Assembly: GCA_965206645.1 (NCBI GenBank)
Contig: CBDBKE010000004.1
Location: 160,001-224,000 of the forward strand
Source of the DNA: Terriglobia bacterium
GTDB lineage: Bacteria > Acidobacteriota > Terriglobia > JAJPHL01 > JAPKYU01
DNA length: 64,000 nt
Reading direction: 5' to 3'
Of the stretch, positions 42,667 to 50,858 are shown in pieces. The notes under the pieces were generated by a model that saw nothing but the letters and a program-made list of their open reading frames with translations, was not told where the DNA came from and made no database searches. Numbering within the stretch: position 1 is the first letter of the stretch; every line of letters starts with the position of its first letter. The translations under genes and the position numbers were made by a program.

Positions 42667-44382
42667 ATGAGTGTATCTGTAGCGTTTATCGCGATTGCGC
42701 TTAGTCTGCTTGTCGGAGTCCTAGCCGGCGTCCTGCTCACTTGGATGCTCACTCGCAATCGCGTTCCCCCGTCCTTCCAAGAACGTTTGCAGGAGGCGGA
42801 GCTTAGCAGGGCAACGTCGGAGGCTTTTCTTACATCGCAGCGACAAATACTGCAAGAGAAGGAAAAATTGATAGCGGAAGCCCGCACTCAGCTATCCGCG
42901 GAGTTCAGTGAACACGCGACTCAGGCATTAAGAACCAGCAACGAAGCGTTTCTTGACCTTGCGACCCAAAAGTTCAGCACGCTCCGAGGAGAAGCGGAAG
43001 GAGACCTGAAGCAGCGCAAGACGGAGGTTGAGGCGCTCGTCAAACCGCTTGCCGAGGCGCTCACGAAGTACGAAACAAATCTGCGGACGATCGAAAGCGA
43101 GCGCCAAGAAGCTTACGGAGGCCTTCGGAATCTGCTTCAGGGAGTTGGCGAAACACAAGAGCAGCTGCGACGTGAAACGGCGAACTTGGTGACTGCTCTG
43201 CGGCGGCCTCATGTCCGGGGTCGCTGGGGAGAAATCACCTTAAGGCGGGTAGCCGAACTGGCAGGGATGGCGGAGCATTGTGACTTCCAGGAACAGCCCA
43301 CGATCGTAGGCGACGATGGCCGTTATCGTCCCGACATGGTCGTGCATATGCCCGGCAATCTTAGCGTGCCCGTCGACTCCAAAGTACCGTTGGAAGCTTA
43401 CCTTGAGGCCGTTGCGGTAACAACAGAGGAGGAAAGGAGCACACACCTGGATCGCCACGCGAGGCAAGTCCGCAGTCATATGGAGCGGCTTTCTTCGAAA
43501 GCCTACTGGAACCAGCTAGACTGCACCCCGGAGTTCACGGTTATGTTCCTTCCTGGGGAGCCATTCTTTAGTGCCGCCGTCGATCGTGATCTTTCTCTGA
43601 TGGAAGACGCAATTGAAAAGCGGGTGCTCATTGCGACCCCGGTGACCCTGATCGCTCTTCTGAAAGCAGCCGCCTACGGATGGCGACAAGAAGCCGTCGC
43701 CCAGAACGCCCGCGAGATCAGCGAGGCGGGGAAGAAGGTTTACGAACGCGTTTCGATTCTTTGGGAGCACCTGAGCGAGTTGCGCTCAGCCCTGGATGAC
43801 GCCGTAGGCGCATTTAACAAGACTAGGCGTTCCCTAGAGTCTCGGCTCCTCCCGAGTGTTCGCAGGTTCAAGGAATTGGGGGCAACTACCGCCGAAGAAC
43901 TTGAGGAGATTCCACCAATAGATCAGGCGCTGGATTCCGTTGAGCCTCCGGCCGGGCAACCTCCGGTCGGGCAAAGAGAAGAGCCCCGAGGACCGGAAGT
44001 GGAATTGGGGGCGACCCTGGTGGCAGAAAAAAGGGTGGCAGAGAGCGCAGCGGAACAGATTCCGGAGACGGAACTACTGAAGCAGGCGTTGAATTTCGCT
44101 GAGCCTCCAGCCGTGCAGGAAGAAGAGGCCCGAGGACCCGAAGTGGAATTGGGGACGACCATGGTGGCAGAGAGCGCCGCGGAAGAGATTGCAGAGACGG
44201 AACCAATAGGTGAAGTGCTGGGCTCGGTTGAGCTGCCAGCCGTGCAGGGAGTACAGGAGCGAGGATCCGAAAGGGGATGGGGGGCAACTATTGCAGAAGA
44301 GATTGCGGAGACGGATCCGCTAGATCAACTGCTGCGTGCGGCCCACCAGAGAGACCAAGAGCGCAGATCCCAAGTACATTAA
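42667..44382 (+). CDS. rmuC: DNA recombination protein RmuC with acidic repetitive tail
   Basis: TM anchor, coiled coil, RGRWGE, RPDMVV, DSKVP, MFLPGE, ATPVTL. Confidence 0.92.
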   Translation: MSVSVAFIAIALSLLVGVLAGVLLTWMLTRNRVPPSFQERLQEAELSRATSEAFLTSQRQILQEKEKLIAEARTQLSAEFSEHATQALRTSNEAFLDLATQKFSTLRGEAEGDLKQRKTEVEALVKPLAEALTKYETNLRTIESERQEAYGGLRNLLQGVGETQEQLRRETANLVTALRRPHVRGRWGEITLRRVAELAGMAEHCDFQEQPTIVGDDGRYRPDMVVHMPGNLSVPVDSKVPLEAYLEAVAVTTEEERSTHLDRHARQVRSHMERLSSKAYWNQLDCTPEFTVMFLPGEPFFSAAVDRDLSLMEDAIEKRVLIATPVTLIALLKAAAYGWRQEAVAQNAREISEAGKKVYERVSILWEHLSELRSALDDAVGAFNKTRRSLESRLLPSVRRFKELGATTAEELEEIPPIDQALDSVEPPAGQPPVGQREEPRGPEVELGATLVAEKRVAESAAEQIPETELLKQALNFAEPPAVQEEEARGPEVELGTTMVAESAAEEIAETEPIGEVLGSVELPAVQGVQERGSERGWGATIAEEIAETDPLDQLLRAAHQRDQERRSQVH

Positions 44383-44391
44383 TTACGGCGT

Positions 44392-47300
44392 CTACGCGCT
44401 TTCCGCCTCGGCCTTGCCTGGCGGTATCGGCTTCTGCTGAGCCTCGTAAAGGCGCCGCCGCAGTTCCAACTCACTCCTCGCCACCCACTGAGAGCAGAGG
44501 GTCGCCAAGGTGGCGGACGCTTCTTCACGGGCCTGCTCAAGAATTCGCTCCAGGCTCTGCCGGAAGGCCACTTCCGCCTGGGCCACCTGGGCAGGGGTTT
44601 CCCGCAGCAGCATCTCATGGGCCTCGCGCACTCGCTCGATGGCGGTGCGGCTCAGCTGCTGCGTCTGATCGCGGAGCGGGACGGCCGCATCGGCCACGGC
44701 GTCCGTGAGCATCCGCGTCTGCTTCTGGCAAGCTTCCTCGTACTGCTGCGCCAGATGCTGCAAGCGCCGCTCGTAGTCGCGGCGGAGGGTTTCGACGGAG
44801 CGCTTGAGGCCTGCCACCCGGCTGCCGCCGGCCTGCTCCAGGCGTTTCTCTGCTTGCTCGAGGGTGCGGTCCAAGGAGGCGTGGATCCGCGCCTGGAAAA
44901 CCTCCTGGGCAGCCTCGCCTACCGCTCCAATCTCTTGTTGACCCGCATTCAGCAGCTCTTTTAATTTCTGGTGGAGGCGAGTGGTGAGGGCTTCAGCGCG
45001 TCTGTCCAGCACAGCCTGCATTTCCTGATGTGCCTCGTCCAAGGCCGTGCGCGCGTCTTCCACCCGCCGCTCCACGGTGGCCACCGACAGCGCCAGTTCT
45101 GCTTTGGTCTGCTCCAGAGCGGAATAGAAGGAAATCAGGCTGGTGCGTTTATCCTCCAGAGCCGAGGAAAATCCGGCAAATTGCGCCTCCAGCCGCTGGT
45201 GCCTCTGCCGGGCCTGGTTTTCCATCTCGGCTCCCTCCCGCGTCATGGAGGCGCGTGTCTGCCGGATAGCGTCCAGAATTTCTCCTCCGGCAGTCGCAGC
45301 TTTTGCCTTACTGTCGGCGACCGCGCCCACAGCGTCCTGGGCTGCTTGCTTGACCGAGTGCTCGGTGTCCGCAGCATGCTGGGCTAGGTGCTCCACGCCT
45401 GCCTGCGCGCTGGCTTCCACTTCCTGACGCACCCGGTGCAGCCGCTGCGCATGAGCGGCCGCCACCGCTCCCAGCTCCTTGCAACGCTCTTCGGTGTGGC
45501 GATCCAGGGTCGAGGCCAGTTCGGCGATGCGCGGGACGGCTTTCCCCATTTCTGCGGCCAGCGTCTGGCTGAATCTCTGCTGCGCATGGGCGGCGGCCTG
45601 TTCCAGCCCGGCTGAAAAGGCGTTGCGGAGGGATTCGAGCGGCCTCGCGGCGCGCTCCTGCAGCTCCTTTTCCAGCGCCATGGCGCCGGCCCGCAGTTTC
45701 TGCTCCAGCTCCAGCGTCCTGGATTTCAGTGACGCTTCTTGCCCGGCGGCGAAGCGCTCGATCTGCGCTTGGTTCTCCTCCGTGCAGGTCCGCAGGGAAT
45801 CCATGTTGGCGCGCAAGTCGGCGCGGCCTTTTTCCAGGATTTCCAGGAGTCGGTCCAGGGCCCCCTTCCGCTGGTCATACCTGCTCGTCAGCGAACTGAA
45901 CAGGGCGTCGAGTGCTTCCCGCTTTTGCTCGGCGCTCTGGTCCAGCGTGAGACGCATCTGCTGCACGTCGCGCGCCTGCCCACCGAGCTGGCGGGTGGCT
46001 TCAGCGGCACCGGCCTTGAGCGATTCGGCCTGCTGCTCGAGACGTTCGAACGCCTTCGCCGCAGCCTCTCCCAGTTCGCGGAGGTGGCGCGTGGCGGTCT
46101 CCTGTAACTGGATTTCGGCTTGGCCTGTCGTCGCCGACAGCTTTTCCTGGGTGCTGGAAATTGCCCGTTCCGACCACTTCGCCAATTCTCGCAGGGAGGT
46201 ACGTACCCGCGGCAGGCGTGCTTCGACCGCCGCGGCCTCGGCGGAGCCGGCCTCTTTGGCCTCCCGCGAGCGCTCCTGGAGCGACGTCTTGAACTGCTCC
46301 AACCCCTGCCCCGCGTGCTCGGCCAGCGTTGCCCGCGAGGCGTTTTGCAGCTCGGTGAAATTAGCCCGGGCAGTCTCCAGCGACTGGGCAATCCAGCGGG
46401 TGGCCGCGCTTTTCTGTTCGCCCAGCACCGAGGCGAACGAGTGGGACGTCTCCTCGACGAGTTGTGGTGTCAGTGTTCGGAATTCCTCGATGCTGGCCAG
46501 GGACGCCCCATGCATTTCGCCGCGGCTTCTGTGGGTGATCCGCTCCCCGTCCTGCCGCAGGCTGTTCAGACTGGCTGCCATCCGCTCGCGCCAGCTGGCG
46601 GACTGCGCTTCCAGTTCGGCCACCCCCCTCTGGTGCGCTTCCAAGCTGGCGGCCGACCTCGCCACGATTTCCTGGGCCTTGCTGCCTTCCTGTGCCAGCG
46701 TCTGTTGATATTTCTCTAGGGCCGCCTGCATTGCGGCCTCGAATTGCCGGGCCAGTTTCCCAATCTTTTCCTCCGTCCCGGCCGCCTGCCGGACCAAGGA
46801 GGCGCCGGCGCGTTCCTCCTGGGCGCGGATGACTTCCGCTGCGCCCCGCGCCTGGTCAGTAAGCTCCTCTCTTGCGATGTTCTTTCGGGCAGCCAGCAAG
46901 TCCAGTTGGGGCGCCAGCGCGCTAACCCCTTGCCGCCGTGCGACTTCCATCTGTTCGGCAAACTCCCGGAGCATCGTCTCGGCCTGTGCGCGAAGCGTTT
47001 CGCCTTTGCGCAGGACTCTCTCCAGCGATTCGTCCAGCGCATGAATGCGCTGGTGCACCGCGGCAGGTTCCTCGGCTGGCTTTCCGTCTTCCCCCGCCGG
47101 ACCGTCCTTGTCTTGCCAGTCGGGAGGGAATTCGTGCTCCCAGTAACTTTCCTCCTCCACGAATCCCACTCCGAGCTGCCGTAGGCCAGGTTGGGAACAC
47201 GACTTCACCGAAACCACCCGGGCCAGAGCAGGCTTGCCTCCGGACCGGCGGATGGCCAGTGGCGCACTGCGAGGAAACGGAGACCGAGCCGTAAGGCTGG

Positions 47301-47451
47301 CGCCATGCCGGCTGATGTCGCACGTAGAGGTGGATTCCACCAGAACTTTGCCGTCAGCGCCCCGACCCGCAATTTCCACCTCCACTACGCGGGCCAGACG
47401 CGGGCTGCGCCGGCGGTGGCCATTGGGCTTGCGGATGTCAGTAGCTCCCAT
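44392..47451 (-). CDS. PilZ-domain protein fused to a ~880-aa coiled coil
   Basis: RRRSPR and DISRHG motifs; Ala/Glu/Gln/Arg-rich helical remainder. Confidence 0.78.
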   Translation of the reverse strand: MGATDIRKPNGHRRRSPRLARVVEVEIAGRGADGKVLVESTSTCDISRHGASLTARSPFPRSAPLAIRRSGGKPALARVVSVKSCSQPGLRQLGVGFVEEESYWEHEFPPDWQDKDGPAGEDGKPAEEPAAVHQRIHALDESLERVLRKGETLRAQAETMLREFAEQMEVARRQGVSALAPQLDLLAARKNIAREELTDQARGAAEVIRAQEERAGASLVRQAAGTEEKIGKLARQFEAAMQAALEKYQQTLAQEGSKAQEIVARSAASLEAHQRGVAELEAQSASWRERMAASLNSLRQDGERITHRSRGEMHGASLASIEEFRTLTPQLVEETSHSFASVLGEQKSAATRWIAQSLETARANFTELQNASRATLAEHAGQGLEQFKTSLQERSREAKEAGSAEAAAVEARLPRVRTSLRELAKWSERAISSTQEKLSATTGQAEIQLQETATRHLRELGEAAAKAFERLEQQAESLKAGAAEATRQLGGQARDVQQMRLTLDQSAEQKREALDALFSSLTSRYDQRKGALDRLLEILEKGRADLRANMDSLRTCTEENQAQIERFAAGQEASLKSRTLELEQKLRAGAMALEKELQERAARPLESLRNAFSAGLEQAAAHAQQRFSQTLAAEMGKAVPRIAELASTLDRHTEERCKELGAVAAAHAQRLHRVRQEVEASAQAGVEHLAQHAADTEHSVKQAAQDAVGAVADSKAKAATAGGEILDAIRQTRASMTREGAEMENQARQRHQRLEAQFAGFSSALEDKRTSLISFYSALEQTKAELALSVATVERRVEDARTALDEAHQEMQAVLDRRAEALTTRLHQKLKELLNAGQQEIGAVGEAAQEVFQARIHASLDRTLEQAEKRLEQAGGSRVAGLKRSVETLRRDYERRLQHLAQQYEEACQKQTRMLTDAVADAAVPLRDQTQQLSRTAIERVREAHEMLLRETPAQVAQAEVAFRQSLERILEQAREEASATLATLCSQWVARSELELRRRLYEAQQKPIPPGKAEAESA

Positions 47452-47589
47452 AAGCTGACAACTCAGCGTGCCGCACCGGCTCGCCCCGCTACAGGGCCGG
47501 GCCTTCTCGCAGCGCGCAATAAAGCTGGAATCAAGGGGTCCCTAAGGTATACGCGCCAGATGGAAAGGTCCAGCCTGTTCTAGGCCTGT

Positions 47590-48384
47590 CTAGGTTTGCG
47601 CTGAGGGCGCCAGGCGCTCTTCCAGAGCCCGCACCAGGTCGATCAGGAAAGGCCGCGCATCCAGTTGAGCGCGGAAGTATTCCAGCGCCTCGGCACAGGC
47701 GGCATCCGCATCCGGACGCAGCAGGCCACGCATGCGCTGGCATTGCAGGAAAATGAGATAGGTCAGGGCCACGTCGGCCATACAGTACTCGGCAATGCCG
47801 GCCAGGTTCCCCTGTTCGTATTCCCCTTCCACTTCGGCGCCGTCCATCTCGGTCTTGCCGGGTAGCCCGACCAGCTTGGCTACCGCGTCCAGGGAGGCTT
47901 TGGGCGCGGCTCCGAAGTTGGTGAGGAACTCGACAATGTCGAAGTGGAACTCCGGCGCGTAGCGGTAGCGGTAATTGTTGAATTTGTCCCGCGCGGTGAA
48001 GTAATCAACTGAGCCCATCCCGTACCGCAGCGAGCGGTGCTCGATCACCGGCAGATCGAAGCTGCGCCCGTTAAAAGTGACCAACGCGCATTCGGGGCCC
48101 GGCACCGGCGGCGGGTTGCGCCGGCCGCCACCGTAACGCTCGAACGTTTCCCAGAAAAATTGCAGGGTTTCGCGCTCCTTGTCCGGATCGCCGGACATGG
48201 CACCGAAACTGCGGATGCGCAGGTTCTCGTCGCAAACCAGCCCGCCGATCACGATGGGGATGTGGAACAATGGATGCAGCAGCCGGTTTGATTGCTCCTT
48301 CACGCTGGCGTAGCTGTGGCCGTACACGGCCTCCACCAGGGGCTTGTCGGGATACGTCTCAATGTCGAAGATCAGGTAGTTCAT
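47590..48384 (-). CDS. PolB-like 3'-5' exonuclease (DnaQ superfamily)
   Basis: FDIET, FNGRSFDLP, GLPGK, YCMADV. Confidence 0.88.
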   Translation of the reverse strand: MNYLIFDIETYPDKPLVEAVYGHSYASVKEQSNRLLHPLFHIPIVIGGLVCDENLRIRSFGAMSGDPDKERETLQFFWETFERYGGGRRNPPPVPGPECALVTFNGRSFDLPVIEHRSLRYGMGSVDYFTARDKFNNYRYRYAPEFHFDIVEFLTNFGAAPKASLDAVAKLVGLPGKTEMDGAEVEGEYEQGNLAGIAEYCMADVALTYLIFLQCQRMRGLLRPDADAACAEALEYFRAQLDARPFLIDLVRALEERLAPSAQT

Positions 48385-48515
48385 GAACGCGGCGCTTTGC
48401 ACATAAGCATACCCGGGAAAGTGGGCGAGAGCAAAGGATCCGGAGAGGACGCACCCGCCCACGCCACCACCGGGCCACCCCATCAAATGCAGCGCGGTGG
48501 CAGGGCGATCCGAGG

Positions 48516-48980
48516 CTAGGGATCCGCTCGCGTGGGTGGCGCGGCGGAGGCGCGGGAGTGCGGAGGCAATCCGTACTGCTCCAGTTTCTTCAGCGTCAGG
48601 GCATTCAGCTTTCCGGTCCGCCGCAGGTCCTGGGCCTGCTGAAAATCCGCCAGGGCGGCCACCGTATGAGAGTCGAGTTTACCGGTCAGCTTTCCGTCGT
48701 AATGACCGCTGCGGCTCAGCGACTGCTGGATTTCGCTGATACGCTGGGCTGTCGGCACTCTCTGGCCACGGACCACCCGTCGGCGCCGTCGGCGGCCACG
48801 GCGTCTCGGGGTTTTTCGCCGGGACCGCTTGTTCTGTGCAACCGCGGTTGTCTTGCTGCTGCTAGAAACCTTCTTCGCTGTGGAGGCTTTGGCCGGTGGG
48901 GCTGGCGAGGCTGAGGCAACGGCGGCCAGCACCAAACCGGCTAGAATTGACGCGAAGTACCGGGAAGCTTTACCGGGCAT
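48516..48980 (-). CDS. Secreted peptidoglycan-binding-domain protein
   Basis: Signal peptide, basic linker, EIQQSL...GHY...G...T..AL..FQ...TGKL. Confidence 0.8.
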   Translation of the reverse strand: MPGKASRYFASILAGLVLAAVASASPAPPAKASTAKKVSSSSKTTAVAQNKRSRRKTPRRRGRRRRRRVVRGQRVPTAQRISEIQQSLSRSGHYDGKLTGKLDSHTVAALADFQQAQDLRRTGKLNALTLKKLEQYGLPPHSRASAAPPTRADP

Positions 48981-49074
48981 AGCGGCCAACCGCAACCTTG
49001 CGACGGCTCCCTTGTCCTGATCCGCCACGACGGCTGGCTATTCTCCTGCCCAAGCGGGAGGGTTCGAAAACCTC

Positions 49075-50640
49075 CTAGGGCAGTGTGCCTGCCAGGAAGA
49101 GGGTCTGCATTCGTCGGCGGAGTCCGCGGCGCAGTATCTTGAAGACGACATCGTCTCCAGAGCTCAAACCACGCTGAATTCGGCGCAAATCCTCCACCGA
49201 GCGGACGGGCTCCCGCTGCAGTTCGACGATCAGGTCACCGCGAAGCAAGCCCACGTCTCCGGCGAAGCTGCCTGGATCCAGCTTCGTCACCAGCACGCCT
49301 TCCTCGTCGCCGAGTCCCAGGCGGCTGGCCAGCCCCCTGGTGAGATTCTGCAGGGTCAGGCCGAACTTGGCCTCAGTGGGCTCTTCGGGCTGCAGCTCCT
49401 CCTCTTGCCCGCCCAATAATTCCTTGAAGACTTCAGTACGCTCGGCGACGGTGATACTGGTCTTCGCTTTCTTGCCATCGCGGACGTACTTGATGCGAAC
49501 TTTCTCGCCGACCGGAGTTTCGGAGATCTTGGAGACCAGTTCGTCGCCGGAGAGGATGGGGGTATCGTCCACGGCGACGATCACGTCGCCGGACTTCAGC
49601 CCACCCTGGTCGGCCGGGGAGCCAGGCATCACTTGATTAATGATCACGCCGCCCTTGACGCCGAAACTGCGCAGCAAAGCTTCGTTTTCCGAGCTTCGGC
49701 CCTGGAACTCCACGCCGATGGAACCGCGCGGCACGCGGCCGTGTTCGATGATCTGGTTGTAGACGTAGACAGCCGTGTTGGAAGGCAAGGCGAAGCCCAC
49801 GCCTTCGTAGCTGCCGCGGTTGGTGGCGATGGCCGTGTTCACTCCCACGACCTCACCGACCATGTTCACCAGCGGGCCTCCGCTGTTGCCGGGGTTGATG
49901 GCCGCGTCGGTCTGCAAGAAGTGCTGAAACTGTTGGGCACCAACCAGGTCGCGGTTTTTGGCGCTGATGATACCCGCCGTCACGGTCTCCTCCAGGCCGA
50001 AGGGGCTGCCAATTGCCAGTACCCAGTCGCCGACCTGGATGCCGTCGGAGTCACCCATCTTGGCTGGCGTCAGGGAGGTCTTGGAGTCGATCTTGATGAC
50101 GGCCAGATCGGTCTCCTTGTCCGAGCCGATCACCTTGGCTTTGTACTGCTTGGGATCGTTGAACAATTTCACCTGGATGCGATCCGCCCTCTCGACGACG
50201 TGCCGATTGGTCAGGATATAGCCATTTCGGTCCACCACGATCCCGGAGCCCAGGCTGCGCTGCTGAACGCCTCCTCCGGGTGCAGACGGCCCTTCAAAGA
50301 ATCGTTCGAAGAACTCTTCGAATGGGTCCTGACGCTCGCGCTCCCGGGGGCTGCGACGGCGGCGGGGCGTCGGCTGTTTTACGGTGGCAGATGTGTTGAT
50401 GTTGACCACCGTGGGCCGGACTGCCTTGGAAATCTGCACAAAGGCCGAAGAGAGCTGAGCCGGGGACTGGATGGACAGGGGACTGGCCCCTGGCGCCACC
50501 GAGCGGTCCAGGGCGCCCACCGTTCGGGTTACGACGGTCCCAATTGCAATGCCCACGATCAGCGTCAACGAAACCAGGGCCAGTGAGACCCACTTTTGCC
50601 GGCGCAGTCCGGCTACCAGTTTGTCCAACCTGGAGTTCAT
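49075..50640 (-). CDS. degP: Do/DegP/HtrA serine endoprotease with two PDZ domains
   Basis: LTNRHVV, DLAVIK, QTDAAINPGNSGG; two PDZ domains. Confidence 0.92.
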   Translation of the reverse strand: MNSRLDKLVAGLRRQKWVSLALVSLTLIVGIAIGTVVTRTVGALDRSVAPGASPLSIQSPAQLSSAFVQISKAVRPTVVNINTSATVKQPTPRRRRSPRERERQDPFEEFFERFFEGPSAPGGGVQQRSLGSGIVVDRNGYILTNRHVVERADRIQVKLFNDPKQYKAKVIGSDKETDLAVIKIDSKTSLTPAKMGDSDGIQVGDWVLAIGSPFGLEETVTAGIISAKNRDLVGAQQFQHFLQTDAAINPGNSGGPLVNMVGEVVGVNTAIATNRGSYEGVGFALPSNTAVYVYNQIIEHGRVPRGSIGVEFQGRSSENEALLRSFGVKGGVIINQVMPGSPADQGGLKSGDVIVAVDDTPILSGDELVSKISETPVGEKVRIKYVRDGKKAKTSITVAERTEVFKELLGGQEEELQPEEPTEAKFGLTLQNLTRGLASRLGLGDEEGVLVTKLDPGSFAGDVGLLRGDLIVELQREPVRSVEDLRRIQRGLSSGDDVVFKILRRGLRRRMQTLFLAGTLP

Positions 50641-50702
50641 CGAGGTGTACTCCTCATCAAGAAAAACACAGGCCTTACTCCAAGTGCATTATACCACTAG
50701 TT

Positions 50703-50834
50703 TAAAGATGCTCGGCGGAAGCCAATGGTTTCGCCGCCACGCAATTCCCACACATTTCCCCTGCAGGGAACAGACCCCGCCAGCGCGCACAAAGCCAGCA
50801 GGATACGCTGCAGCCCGAGTTGGCGACGAGCCGG
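50703..50834. repeat. Diverged direct repeat of 53545-53752 (intergenic block plus 3' end of the M20 gene)
   Basis: TAAAGATGCTC..CGGAA.CCAATGGTTTCGCC occurs at 50703 and 53545; a ~60-bp block at 50775-50834 matches 53693-53752. Confidence 0.85.
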
Positions 50835-50858
50835 TGGAAAAGTCGTCATTCAGGGTTT

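Noticed and set aside
45479-46708. 409-aa Ser/Ala-rich plus-strand ORF
   Set aside because: Antisense to the coiled-coil gene; its composition mirrors the codon bias of that gene
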